DNA from: Euprymna scolopes
Taxonomy: Eukaryota
Direction: 5' to 3' (one strand)
Length of the DNA stretch: 64,000 bases
Assembly (NCBI GenBank): GCA_053919585.1
Contig: CM132827.1
Of the stretch, positions 21,851 through 34,803 are shown piece by piece; within the stretch, counting starts at the first letter, position 1, and every line of letters starts with the position of its first letter. Under the pieces are notes generated by a model, which was not told where the DNA came from, did not search any database, and saw only the letters and a list, made by a program, of their open reading frames with translations. The translations under genes and the position numbers were made by a program.

Positions 21851-24800
21851 TTTGTTTTTGCCAAGTTATGTTGTACCATACTTTACACTGTTCATAATAT
21901 TGAAAGCAATGTGAAAACTATTGAATTATGCTTCATGGATACATTCAGAAAGTCTAGCAAATAAAATAGGCATAAAAAATATGTGTGTACAAAAATGGCC
22001 ACCCATGATAACATATAGAACTACATGTGGAAAACTACTTGTTTTTCATCTAATTTTAAATTTTCGCCAATACTACACTGTGACAAGGCAGTTTGGTACG
22101 CGAGTGCACATTTAACAGTCCGTTTATGCTTGTGCATGGTGTAAATGAAGGCTAGGCTGTGAAATGGAAAATAGTCTCAGAGTTCAGGGGTTAATACCAT
22201 GCAAATGGTAAAATTGCGATGGAAACGGTTACCATATTCTTTTAAAATTTTAAATCTACAAAAAAAACATTTTTTTCTATACGAAGGTGAGACGGGCCTT
22301 AAAGTAAAATAATACTGATTTTACTTTTCTTTTAATTTCCTCATGTCTTTATTGAAAGATGAAAACAGAAAAAGAAATCGAAAAAAAAAACTTTTAGCCA
22401 ATAAACACGCAAATAAATGCCCCCCTCTCTCTGGTGACCAGAAAGTGGGTGCTCATCTTAAGTTAAATTTACATGGAAAAGTGATCACCCACCTTTCGAA
22501 AAAGTAATTTCTTCATATCATGAAAACTATTTTTTTTGCGACAGAAACGGTTTGCCGATTCATTTTTAGCACACCAAAATCTAAAAAAAAAAATATTTTT
22601 TTCTATACGAACGCGAGACTGGCCTTAAAGTAAAATTTTAGCGATTAAATAAAGTGTTAGCGCCCTAAATTCTCATAGAAAAATATGAACGAATCTCTTA
22701 GTAAAATAGATTTACCTCCCTCAGAACAATGAGTTAAACTTCAAGATTGCCTCAGAGAAAGAAAGATAATCATGCACCTATGTTACCGTTACTTTATTAT
22801 TTAGAAAGCAATTCTTAAAATTGGGAGGGAAGGGGCGTTTTGTAACTATTCTGTACTTCCACCTAACAATTTAATAAAAAAAAAAAAGGGTTGGACGTAC
22901 ACGAGTGTTACCGCTCTAGCGAAATACGTATCGGCTCCGATGTTGTACGCAGTTCGACTTAGGGAGGGCCTAATTTTTCTTATTTATTATGGCTTTTTTT
23001 TTGGCTTGTTCGGATTGTTTTTGTTTTTTTGTTTTTTTATGGATATTTTTTTATTTTGGCTTGAACTTTGCAATTTATTATTATAATATGATTTTTTTTA
23101 AATACATATTGGGATCAGTAGGAAAACTGAAATGGTCTCATGTCGATGAGGCCCTGTATAGAGAGGCTTATAACATGAAAAGTGAAAAAATTAGATAATT
23201 TTGAAACATTTTTAGAGCATGTTCATGAAAAATATGGTAATTAAAAAAAATCCCAATAAGCTTTGGGGGAAAAAACAGATTTTGAACAATTGAAATTTTT
23301 ATTTTTTATTTAAAATAATTATTAACACAAAAACAGTAGTGTTCTCGTTGAGTAGTTTTTATTTTATTCAAGAAAATAAAAGATGCTCATGCACTTATTG
23401 AGCCGTGCTGAAATAATGACATTATTTAGAAAGCTATTCTTAACATGGGGACGGGAGGGTGTCGTGTACCTATTCTGTACTTTCACCTAACAATTTAATA
23501 AAAACAGGTAACGTAAAACTTTAATTAAACTTGAAAATACTATTTAAAAATAGTGCAGATAAATAAGTGCACTAATAGCAGTGTCAGAAACCGATTTTAA
23601 GAATGCGGGGGAAAAAATTGAATAATTCGACCTCCTATTTTTACAAGCTTACAACTACTTGAAAAATGTAATTCAAACCCTAATTTTTGTTTCAATTAAA
23701 GGAACAAAGACCAAGTTTAAAAAAATAACAGGTTTAATAGCAAATTATGCAATATTTGTTTTTTTTAAATCGGCTTTCTTTAAAAAAGAGTTGAAGAAAA
23801 CCAACAAAATTTTTTTTTCTTTCGAGTATGAAAAATCGATATAAATTCCAAAAAATCACTTAACTAAAAAAATATTATTAAATGGGTAGTTCCATTCTTC
23901 ATTGTTAAGAATTTATCCATATTTATATTTTAAATTCTATTTATTTTTTAAATAAAAGAATTTTTTAAATGACTATTTGAAAAACGCGCGATCATGGAAG
24001 CATTTTTCGAAAAACCGGAAGTAATCTTTCTCCTTGCTTTGAACTATGGATGAACAAAAGGACATAAAAGCCACACGTTTATGTTAGGCGTGTAGCCTTG
24101 TAGCTGGAGAAATGTGTTCCCATAGTTTAAAAATAGTCAAATTTTACTCATAAGATTATTCCTTAAAAAAAAAAAACACTCCAGGTATTTCTTTTTTTCT
24201 TTTCTCAAAGAAATACATAAATTTTTGATTTATTATATTTTCATTCTTTTTTGTTGAGTAAAAATTTTTTTTTTTTAAATCTCTAAAAAAAGAAAATATT
24301 GAATCAAATAGAAAAAATTGTTGTTATCGTCCATGACTTACTGGACAATATAAGCAGAACATAGGCTTCCAATTAAAAAAAAAAAAAATCAACGTGGTTT
24401 AAAAAAAGGGTTTTACACTTTGGACTTTACAGGTAAATTTAAAAAAAACACTTCCTTTTTGTTTGTTTTAATTTACAATTTATTGATCTTTTATCTTCAA
24501 TTTGTGATATATAAAACTTTAGTACATTAATTATTTAAATTTAAATAGACATTTCAAAATGGGAGCGGAAATTAAAAAAAACGTTTGTCTAAAATATTAT
24601 ATTCGATTTATTGGAAAGAGCATAAAATTTCACATTGACCCTGAAAATATTGTAAAAATTGAACCAATAGAAAAATTTTGATAGATTTTTAAAGTTTAAA
24701 AATTGAAAATATTTAACTCATAAAATTCAATTGATTTTATTACATAAAAAAAATGGCTGCATGAAGGCGCTGGCACTTTGTAAACACTGTTTTTTAAAAA

Positions 24801-25866
24801 ATAAAAAATAATATTTCTATTATTTTTTCATACAACTTTAATAGTTTATTTTGGAAATATATTCCACAAAGAAAATAAATAATCCACTTTTAAAAGAGAA
24901 ATTACGAGTTTTTTAATATTTTATTCGCAGTTTTGTGTTAGGGGTGTCAAAAATCCCCCCCCCCCAATTCTGATCCACTTAGTGCACAAACACCAAATAA
25001 CATTTCACTGTGTTTTGATCGACGACATTCCATGAGCGGTAGGTATACGCTAAAGCTTTTTGTTTATTTTTGGGTGCAAGTCTATAAATGGTCCACAAGT
25101 AATCTTTTTTACTATATAAATCTGAAAAAAAAATCTTTATAATGTACGTACTTGTTACTGCATGAAAATGTCATATTCCAAAAATCACGTAAATCGATCA
25201 AGTAGTTTTTTGTATTTAAGAAAATCAAATATTATCAGACGTTTTATCAAAGATTTGCTACACGCCATCTTGTTTGAGAGATAACGGAACTTATTTATTT
25301 AATCGGGGTTCATTATGGCCGACGAAAACAGTACGTCTCGCTTAGTCAAAAACGTTGATTTTCTTGAATAAAAAACTACGTGATCAATTTATGTGATGTT
25401 TGGAATATGACATCCTCATTCTATATTTACATCGTACAGACTTTCTGGTGCCGCTTTACGTACCAATTTATATAAGCACGTTCACGTATAACTGAAATAC
25501 GTCGTACATATTTTTAAAACACTTCTTTTTTTTTTTTTTACTTTTATCTCAAAGTTAAAAAAGAAGGGGGAGGGGCTGAACGAGCTTTCCCCCTCGGGCC
25601 TGAATGCGCTTCTTCTCTCCCTGTTGTAAAATTAATTCCTTTTTACATTTTCTTATGTTTTGTTTTCCTTTCTTTTTTTTTTTGGAGATTATCGTCAAAA
25701 ATAGACTTAATTTACATATTAGCAGGATTTAAAAAAAAAAATTATTTTAAGTTCATTTAATGACTTTTAACGTGGGGGATCACTTTTCAGGTATAACGTT
25801 TTATTAAATTGATACCCCAATTTATGGTCAATCAGCTCTCCTTATTAAGGTGTCAGTAATTCAAAT

Positions 25867-26535
25867 GTTCCTATTCACAATGTCTCCCCACGGGAGAGAG
25901 TTAGACACCAGGGTCGTTTTTTAACGTGGAGAAAAGGAACAAAAATAAAAATTGTCTCAATCGTGAAGGATTTCTCCTCCACTTACAGAGAACAAGAAAT
26001 TGAAATGCAGCATCTGAAGAACAGATACTACACTTTTTATTTATTTGCTTCCCCACTGAGCAAATTAGGCAGGAGGCCGTTTTTTAATGTGGAGATAGGG
26101 GGAAAGGGGAGGGAAAGGGGGATCCAGCTCCCGAGAGGAGGGAAGTGGGAGCCAGATTAGAAACTGTTGGTATGAAGGGTTGCCCCTTCAGTGACCAAGG
26201 TCAGATATGTGGGGTTACCCCCACATATGGTCTTTGCTAGTCATTGCTAGTCTTTGCTAGTCATAGCTTTGCAGCATCTGCCGGAACAGATGGTATTTAT
26301 TTGCTCCCCCACCGAGCAAATTAGGCACAAGGCCAATTTTTAATGTGAGGAGTGAAGGGAGGGGGAAGGGAAAAAGGGGACCAGCTCCCGAGAGGTGGGA
26401 AATGGGAGCTGGTTAAAGGTCAGGCATGTGGGGTTGCCCCCACATCTGGTCTTTGCTAGTCATAGCTAGTCATAGCTTGCAGTATCTGTCGGAACAGATA
26501 CTACACTTTGATCTTGTCCCGAAGGCCAAATATGT
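25867..26535 (-). mobile_element. Three stacked U2-headed SINE-like elements (A: 25867-26036; B: 26037-26294; B: 26295-26535)
   Basis: Outermost copy starts ACATATTTGGCCTTCGGGACAAGATCAAAGTGTAGTATCTGTTC. Each (AAAT)n tail abuts the truncated U2 head of the next copy. Confidence 0.75.
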
Positions 26536-26563
26536 TATGTTAATTCAAATGTTGGTACTTCTA

Positions 26564-27047
26564 CAGTTTAATCAAGACGTTAAAAAAATGAAAATATCGA
26601 AAAGAGTTTAAATTGTATGTATCCGTTATGGAATGAAGTTCTTCGAAAAAAAATTTTTCACTTAATTTCATCAAGTAGTTTTTTTTTTTTTTGTTTTTGT
26701 TTATTTTTTTTACAACGAAAAAACAATTTGTTATGATACCGAGCAAAAGGTTCGATTTTTAAGAAGAAAAGCTAATGATGGGGGGAGGAAGTGTCGGTGC
26801 TTTTACTGGAGTTATCTCCCCGTGACGTTTCTAAACTCCAAACAAAAATCCAGAAAAAAACCAAGATGTCTGCCCTCAACGCGTTCTCATAAAACGTGTT
26901 TTTCCGCTGTAAAAAAAACCCCAAAAAACTACTCAATCAAATTAGGTGAATTTTTTTTTCCGAATATCTTCAGTTCAGAACGGATACGTGTCGTACAATA
27001 TAAACCTTTTTCGATATTTTCATTTTTTTAATGTCTTGATTAAACTG
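26564..27047. mobile_element. Tc1/mariner-type MITE with ~130-bp TIRs
   Basis: TA|CAGTTTAATCAAGAC ... GTCTTGATTAAACTG|CA (right TA apparently mutated). Confidence 0.75.
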
Positions 27048-27312
27048 CACAAGTGTTTTCGTAAAAAAATAAAAATAAATAAATAAAATAAAAAGTGCTT
27101 ACTGCGCTACTTTTAAAACTGTTTTTTTTTGGGGGGGGGGTTAAATTCAAACGTTAATGTTGAAAAGTGCCACAATAACGTTGTATATAAAATATATATA
27201 AATATAAAATATACAATATAAAAGTCATGATGTAAATAAAAAAAGAAAAAAAAAAGAAAAGAAAATTCCTGCTAAGATAAAAAAAGTTAAGTCTATTCCT
27301 ATTTACAATGTC

Positions 27313-27928
27313 TGTTTGTTTTACTCTGTACACATAGATTCGAAAAAGTTGTCACAAACAAATATAGAACAAATAAATGTTATCAAAGACAAGATAAGGT
27401 ATTTTCTATCCAACTGGATATATTTTTAGTGTTTTTATTTAATGTAACATGTTTATTCAGCTCGAAAAACATACAGTGTTTACCGATGTATTGGAAAATT
27501 TTAAATGGCGGCGGACTCTCTCTCTCTCGGAGTCGGTAAGTTTGGGAAAAGGAGTTATAAATTAAAAAAAAAAAAAAAAAAAAAGAAACAGTCAAAATAC
27601 TATTAAAAACCCGCCGAATAAATGTCAGCCTATGTCATGATAACATAACAAGAGTGAGTTTCTAACAGTATTTTGTCTGGTGTTTTATTTATAACTCATT
27701 TTCCCAAACTTACCGCCTTAAAAAGAAAGTCGGCTGCCATTTACAATTTTCCAATGCATCGGTAAACACTGTATGTTTTTCGAGCTGAATAAACATGTTA
27801 CATTAAATATAAACACTAAAAACATATCCAGTTGGGTAAACTTATCTTGCCTTTGATAACATTTATTTGTTATATATTTGTTTTGTGACAACTTTTTCGA
27901 ATCTATGTGTACAGTAAAACAAACCCTA
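27313..27928. mobile_element. Palindromic MITE (right terminus AAACAAACCCTA) inserted in the tail of a U2-headed element
   Basis: Arms TGTACACATAGATTCGAAAAAGTTGTCAC / GTGACAACTTTTTCGAATCTATGTGTACA; ATGT(CT) on both flanks. Confidence 0.85.
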
Positions 27929-28113
27929 ATGTCTCCCCACGGGACAGAGTTAGATACCAGGGTCGTTTTTTAATGTGGAGAAAAGGAACAAAAATAAAAA
28001 GTGTCTCAGTCGTGAAGGATTTCTCCTCCATTGACAGAGAACAAGAAATTGAAGTGCAGCCAGCATCTGAAGAACAGATACTACACTTTGATCTTGACCC
28101 GAAGGCCAGATGT
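27929..28113 (-). mobile_element. U2-headed SINE-like element, subfamily A, near full length
   Basis: Minus strand ACATCTGGCCTTCGGGTCAAGATCAAAGTGTAGTATCTGTTCTT; internal Sm-site-like ATTTTTG; shared tail. Confidence 0.8.
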
Positions 28114-28427
28114 CTGTTATCGAGGATAATCCGCAGAGAAAATAAATAAATAAATAAATAAGAAAACGTGAAAAGAAATTCATTTTATGACAAGAGGGGA
28201 AAGATCGTTTAGGTCTGAGGTGGGGGGGGGAGCTCGTTCAGGTCCGTCAAAAAAAGTAATTAGTGATGTTTTCAAAAAATGATCGCAATCTCTGCGATTT
28301 CAACTTACCCTTTTTACATATTTCTTTCGTGAACATGAAAACAATAAAAAGCTAACTTAAAGTAAAGATTGGAAAATAAATCCTGTTCGGGAATGACAAG
28401 AGTTGATACAAGGGAGATAATCTTTAT

Positions 28428-28540
28428 GTTTCTACTTGCATCCCTACAAGGGTAAAGTTAGACACAAGGTCTGTTTTTAACGTTAAGAAAGTCCAGTTCC
28501 CCAAAAAGGGGCATTAGGGATTGGTGCAGAAATAAAAATT
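28428..28540 (-). mobile_element. 3' fragment of the U2-headed SINE family
   Basis: GTTAGACACAAGGTCTGTTTTTAACG matches the family tail; cut by the adjacent MITE. Confidence 0.55.
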
Positions 28541-28970
28541 GGGGTTTGTATTACTATACACATAGATTCGAAAAAGTTGTCAAAAAACAGATATATAATA
28601 AATAAATGTTATCACAGGCAAGATAAGTTACTTTTCTACCCAACAACTGGATATTTTTTTTAGTGTTTTTATTTAATGTAACATGTTTATTCAGCTAAAA
28701 AAACATACAGTGTTTACCGATGTATTGGAAAATTTAAAATAGCGCACGACTCTCTCGTGGACACGGTAAGTTTGGGAAAATGAGTTAAAAATTAAAAAAA
28801 AACTGTACAAAATACTGTTAGAAACTCACTCAATATGTTACTGTGATATCATATACGCTGATTCGGTGGGTTTCTAACAGTATTTTGTATAGTTGCTTAT
28901 TTTTAACTTATTTCCCAAACTTACCGTGTTCAAGAGAGAGTCGGGCGCCATTTTAAATTTTCCAATACAT
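28541..28970. mobile_element. Partial second copy of the 27313-27928 MITE
   Basis: GGGTTTGTATTACTATACACATAGATTCGAAAAAGTTGTC arm plus a partial inverted arm. Confidence 0.75.
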
Positions 28971-29519
28971 ATTCCTCGATTTTTTAAAGATTTTAAGATC
29001 AAAAAATCACAAAAATCGATAAGGCAGAAAATGATTTATTCAAGAAAAAAAAAAAAAGAATTTGATAAAAATGATCGTAAAACACAGAAGAGCTCAAAAG
29101 GGAGGTCATTTTCTGTTTTGATTTAAGCAAGATGGGCGCAATTTTTCACTTGGTAACACGATTAAAGTTGTTTTTTCAATAATTCTGTAATATTCAGAAA
29201 ATTTCGACTGCATAAACATTATAATTTACTTGAATTGACAAAAAAAAAAAAACAATCAGTAGAAACCATTGCTTTTATTTTTTTTAATTCTGAAAACTCA
29301 ACTACAAAATTTCGTCCTAATAGTGTAGAAGCGCCGAAAAAAAAAAAAAAGACACTTGTGATTTTCAGCTTTGGAGTATTTCTTTTTTTTTTTTTTTAAC
29401 CATTTCAAGGGAGACAATTCAACTTCTTAAAGGTTATAACTTTTAATGATCATTTTCATTCATCACGAAAATATTAAACTTTGTCAAATTTCTTTCTTTT
29501 TATTGTTATTTTTTTTTAA

Positions 29520-29845
29520 CTTATTCACATTGGCACTTATGGCGGCAATTAAAAGTAAAGAAAATACGGAAAAAGGGCATTTCGATTTTATATCTTGAGA
29601 CATTTCATTTTTGCATTACTTCCCCTGTTTTCTAGACGGTGATAGCCGATTTGGCGTCCCCGACGAAAAATCTTCCAACTGATATTATAACTGAAGGAAT
29701 TTATCACATTTTTACACGAATTATTAATTATTTGTTTGACATAAGAATGATAATTTTTTGTAAAAAACATATGTCTATTTACTTTTCAGAATGCTTCGAG
29801 ATAAAAACCAAAATGCCATAAATTATTTAAGTTTTAAATATTATT
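29520..29845. repeat. Dispersed unclassified repeat (other copies 35932-36023 + 37273-37530, inverted 38445-38573, fragment ~42240-42282)
   Basis: Shared GGTGATAGC.GA.TTGGCGTC.CC.ACGAAAAATCTTCCAAC.GATATT.TAACTGAAGGAATTTAT. Confidence 0.75.
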
Positions 29846-30309
29846 GCCCCCCCCCCTAACAAAAGGAGGGCGGTGGACCTGTAAATTCACCCTTGTCCGT
29901 TCCTCTGTCCGCACTTTTCTAAATAACTACGCCTTGGAATTTTCGAAAATTTTGCACATGATATGAGTAAAAAAGTAACAGACCGAATTTTCCAGGAAAA
30001 CTCCAGTTGCCCCCTCTAGGGGTGCCTTTTGGGCTAAATTTGACACTTTTGTGCTTATTAAAAAAAATTAATGCCTTGAAAACTTTCTGAAAAGTTGTAA
30101 CTGATTTCTATATAATTTTGTTTGTTTATACTTTGCGATAACTTTGGAGTGTGCCGCCGGAGCTCTTTTAGGGCTAATAAAAACACTCCATTTTGGGGAC
30201 TATTTTACCATATTTGTCCAAAATTTTCTGCTATTTAGCAGTTTTGCATGGTGCTGAACTCAAATTTAAATATGTTAAGGGTTTTGGGGGCTAAATGGGG
30301 GAGGGGGCA

Positions 30310-30582
30310 TGTTATATTCCTAAATACTTAGGAAATAAAGACAAACGTGAGTTACACCGAGTGGTATGTGTAATGGGGTTTATTTATAATACAGAAACGT
30401 AAGGCTGCTCGCCTAAGGTAAATAGAAGTACATAGTAACAAGTATGGGGAAGAAAGTCTGATAATCAACACGTAAGACTATCCGTCTTACTGCGACTGCT
30501 TGTCTGCCGCTGTCTGCCAAACAGTCCAATATATATATACAGTTTGTAACCGGTGTATAGCCAGTTATGTTCCTTCACAACA
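30310..30582 (-). repeat. 3' LTR (273 bp)
   Basis: Matches 35444-35696 except for a 20-bp indel. Confidence 0.95.
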
Positions 30583-30881
30583 CCTCCCCCTGAAGCTGAA
30601 ATCTTCCTGATTTTAGCTTAAATACCTCTTCCTTTTAGGGTCAGGGCTTAATCTCCTGGTAACTTTTCTCTTTCTTGCGCTTTTCCTTCTGGTCAGCGTT
30701 ACCCGGGGTAAAGGTTTCTGTCCAGCCCGTATGGTCGGTTCAGGCGAAATATTCATTGTTTGCGGTACACACGCTGGTTTTGGTATATCAAAAATATCGC
30801 ACAATGTTTCCATTGGTGTCTCTTCCACATTTGGAGACAGTCTGGGACGTATTTGATTTCTGTGTCTTTTGCAGACAAAAC

Positions 30882-32012
30882 TTAATCCTTGGATGGTATA
30901 GACCATGCTCCCAATCCTTTTTTTGATAATACCTTCAACCCACTGATTTCGTCCATTTTGAAAATTTTTGAAATATACATTTTCACCTGGGGAGAAGCAC
31001 TTGGTATTAAGGTTTTCTTTTTCTCTGGTAGCAGCCTATCGAAGACAGATCTTATCTTTCTTGCAAACATTAGCTCAGCCGGGGAAGAATTGACATTATT
31101 ATTAGGATTTGGTGTCACCCTGTAAATTGCTAAAAATGTTTGAATACATTGTTCGTCTGTGTCCGTAGTAAGATTTTTCTTAAGTGCCCTTTTAAACGTA
31201 TCTACAAATTTTTCGGCCAACCCATTCGATCGTGGATGGTACACAGGTGTTGTCATATGTAGAATATTTAGTGAGTCACAGAATTCTTTGAATTCATGAG
31301 CAGTAAATGCTGTTCCATTATCGCTCACTTTTGGCACTCCAAAACGGCTAAAAATTTCATTAAGCGCACTCACAGTGTTTTTTGCTGTTGGATGTCTAAA
31401 CTTAAATATTTCTGGCCATTTTGAAAAAGAATCTACAATAATCAAGTAAAAATAACCATTTATAGGTCCCGCATAATCAATATGCAGACGTGACCAGGGT
31501 AGGTCCGTCTTTGGCCATGGCGTCGTTTTTACTGGAGGATCTCGAGCTGCTAATTGACATCCTCTGCATGTCTTGACACATTTTTCAACTTCCTTGTCCA
31601 TACCAGGCCAGTACACATATCCTCTCATAAGGGATTTCATTCTCGAAATGCCCGGATGACCTGTATGAAATTCCTTCAGAATTTTCCTCTGTAACGTTAG
31701 TGGAATTACGATCCTCTCACCATACATGAGCACATCTTCACAGATGGAAAAAGGCGTTGTTTGATCTACCTTTTTATTTTTTTTTATCCATCCCAATTGA
31801 TTTTTCATTTTCTTAATGAAAATGTCATTTACTGCCTCTTTTTTTATTTTTTCGAAAGTTACCGGAAGTTCACGTATCATATTACACATTGAACTTGTAC
31901 ATTCACTTTCGTCTTTAAGCGCAGCAATTACCGTTTCTTCGAAACTTTCGCTTCTTTTAGGGATCAACCGTGATAATGCATCTGCGTGTCCTAACTTTTT
32001 TTGAGGATACAT
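30882..32012 (-). pseudogene. pol: Gypsy integrase region (HHCC + DDE)
   Basis: HTGHPGISRM..CRGC, LHIDYAGP, SDNG, SNGLAEKFV. Frameshifted from RNase H at an A-run near 32000. Confidence 0.9.
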
Positions 32013-33117
32013 GTTCCATCTTAAACTGATAGTTTAAGAGGGTTACAGCCCATCGCTGTAATCGATTCGCAGTATGTGTGGGAATGCCTTTCTTTGATCC
32101 AAATATGGTAAGTAGGGGTTTATGGTCGGTTTGCAAAATAAAAGATCGTCCATGGAGAAATCGATTGTACTTTGTAATTCCAAATATTATCGACAACGCC
32201 TCTTTTTCAATTTGGCTGTAATTTTTCTCCGCTGCCACCAACGTTCTTGAAGCATGGGCGATAGCTTTTGTCCTACCATCCTCATACTTGTGAAGTAATA
32301 CAGCGCCAACACCGTAATCACTGGCGTCCGTTGCTAGTATTAGTTCCTTTTCTGGATTGAAATGTGCCAATGCTAAGTCTGACAGTAGACATCTTTTGAT
32401 ATTTTGGAAAGCAGATTCACATTCCTTATTCCAGTTCCATTTAACACCCTTTTTCAGTAACTCGTTAAGAGGAGCTCTTAAATTATGTATGTTAGGGATG
32501 TAAATTGCATAGTATTGAACTAATCCCAAAAACGATTTTAATTTTGTCACTGAATCTGGAGCAGGCATCTTTTCAATTGCTTCAGTCCTTTGTGGATCCG
32601 GTCTTCGACCCTCTTTGTCGATTATTTGACCTAGATATTTAATTTTTTTCATAAAAAAATCGCATTTTTCTGGGCTCAATTTAAAACCAAATTCCTGTAT
32701 TCTTTTGAATACTTCTTTTACATGCTTCTTATGATCTTGCAAATTTTCACTTTTAATTAGGATATCGTCAAGGTAGGCCATTGAAAATTCCAACCCTGCC
32801 AGCATCGTGTCCATAATTTGCTGGAAAATAGCAGGAGCAACCTTTAATCCAAAAGGAAGCCTCTTTAGCTTAAAAATGCCCTTATGAGTATTTATGCCTA
32901 AGTATTTGGAGCATTCATCGCTGATCTTAATTTGCAAGTAAGCATCTGAGAGGTCTATCTTAGAAAAAATTTTTCCTCCGTTAAGCTTAGAGAACAGATC
33001 TTCTGCGGACGGAAGGGGATAATTATGGTCCAATAGACAGTCATTTAAACCCGTTGAAAAATCTCCACAGACCCTTATTCTGTTATTTTTTTTCTTTACA
33101 TACACGGTTGGACTTGC
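31957..33117 (-). pseudogene. pol: Gypsy reverse transcriptase / RNase H region
   Basis: RVCGDF, KIDLSDAYLQI, LPFGL, YLDD, LATDAS, YSQIEKEAL, TDHKPL. Confidence 0.95.
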
Positions 33118-34803
33118 TCAATCTGTGTGGTTAACTTTTTCAATGACTTCCAGTTGTTGAAGTCTATCCAACTCTTTTTCGATTGCGTCCATCGCTGAAA
33201 AAGGCACATTCCTTTTAGGTTTGAATACTGGAGTGGCATTTTTCTTTAATTCAAATTTTGCCTCTGTCTTAATACAGAGTCCTAGTCCTTCGGCAAAAAC
33301 ATTGGGAAATTCAGTTTTCAAATCCTTCAGGAAGTCTTCCCTTTGGTTTGCTTTTTCTGCAGTTAAAACGTTACAAAACGAATTTATGGGTTTCTCCCAT
33401 AAATTAAACAGGACAATCCAATCTACCCCAAACAGGCATGTATTCTTTCCTGGTACGACGTACACTTTGGATTTATGAGTCTGGTTAGCGAATGTCACTT
33501 TGCATTTTAATTCTCCCTTGAACTCTAATCTTTTGCCGCACACACTTCTCGCCGTCTTTCTGGTTTTCGTTAATTCAGGTCGACCTATCCTTTTCCATAT
33601 ATCTTCATTTATAATACTAATATCTGCACCGCTATCCAGAAGCAATGTAACCAGATGTCCATTTATCCGAACATCAACATATTTCCGTCTTTCGCAGCTT
33701 TTTTCTTTATTCATGCGAAGCGTATTTACATTATCGGTCCCTTGTCTTTTCTTCTGGGCACAGTATGTTCCCTTGTGACCTCTGAGACCACATTCATAAC
33801 ATATTTTGTTCCTAAACCAGCAGGTCTTATTGTTGTGTCTTAAACTACCACAACATTTACACTTTAGCTTTGGGTCTTTGTATCCTTTAAGGATCCTGTG
33901 TTCTTGGAACCTGGACTTTCTTGTGGTCCCTTGCCTTTTTACTTGCTGCACCTTAAAAATATTTTTCTCTTCAATGCGAGTGTTGTCTTTCTTTATGTTA
34001 ATCAGACGTTGACACTCTTCAGTGACTTTTTGCAATGTTATGTTAGGATCCGCCTCCATAATTGTTAGGATCCGTGAACGTATATCTTTGTCCCTTGGTG
34101 CTGTGAGACCTTGTACAAAGATTAAACATTTAAATCGGTCTGCGGAAATTTCATTCAATTTAAATGATTCGCATAAACAGTTCACAGTGCAAGCATATTC
34201 TAGATAGTCTTCAGCTTCTGCCTTCTGAATGTTCAAACATTTGTATCTAGAGTGAAATAGGCTATCCCTTTTATCAAATATTTTCGACAAGGTACTAATT
34301 GTTTCCTCGAACGAAACCTCCTCCGGTTTTTTTGGTAGAATTAGATTTGCATACTTGGTGTTTTCATCAGTACCCAGTTTTTGTAGTAGCAGGGTAACTT
34401 TTTCCTCATCGGTCCAGTCTAAACATCTTTTCGTAAAAATTGTTTCGTATCTTCTGTAGTATGCAGGGAAAGTAACACCAGTATCCGGGGAGTAACGAAA
34501 TTCCGTTAGTGAATTTGAAATACCCTCGGCAGAAAAATTAGTCTTCTTCCCGGTCGACGTTAGAATTAGCTTTTCTAAATTCTTTTGCTGTGTCGACATT
34601 TGTCGTTGTAGTATGTTTGTTTGTTCTTGTTGTGCCTCTAAAGTTTTTTGTGTTCTTTCTTGTTGTTGTTGCAGCTGTTGCTGTAGCTGTTGTTGTTGAA
34701 TTTGTTGTTGTTGTTGTTGTTGCGCTAAAAATTGTTGAGTCATTTTTGTCTGTTCCTGGATGCTAAGGGCTAGAGCCTTAGTTAACTCTGCTAATTGTTC
34801 CAT
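33118..34803 (-). pseudogene. gag: Gypsy gag-protease (polyQ N-terminus, two zinc knuckles, LLDSGA)
   Basis: CKCCGSLRHNNKTC and CYECGLRGHKGTYC. Ends at an in-frame TGA replacing the conserved W of DWASP. Confidence 0.92.

Noticed and set aside
27929-28113. Functional U2 snRNA gene
   Set aside because: Similarity breaks after TCTGTTCTT, stem IIa is absent, and copies are truncated, divergent and have alternative bodies.
29639-29821. Small gene family MIADLASPTKNLPTDI (also 37203-37430, 38337-38549)
   Set aside because: Short ORFs inside a dispersed repeat, with inconsistent starts and ends and no known motif.
33118-33120. Programmed stop-codon readthrough between gag-pro and RT
   Set aside because: The TGA replaces the conserved Trp of the RT N-terminal WASP motif, so a nonsense mutation is the simpler explanation.
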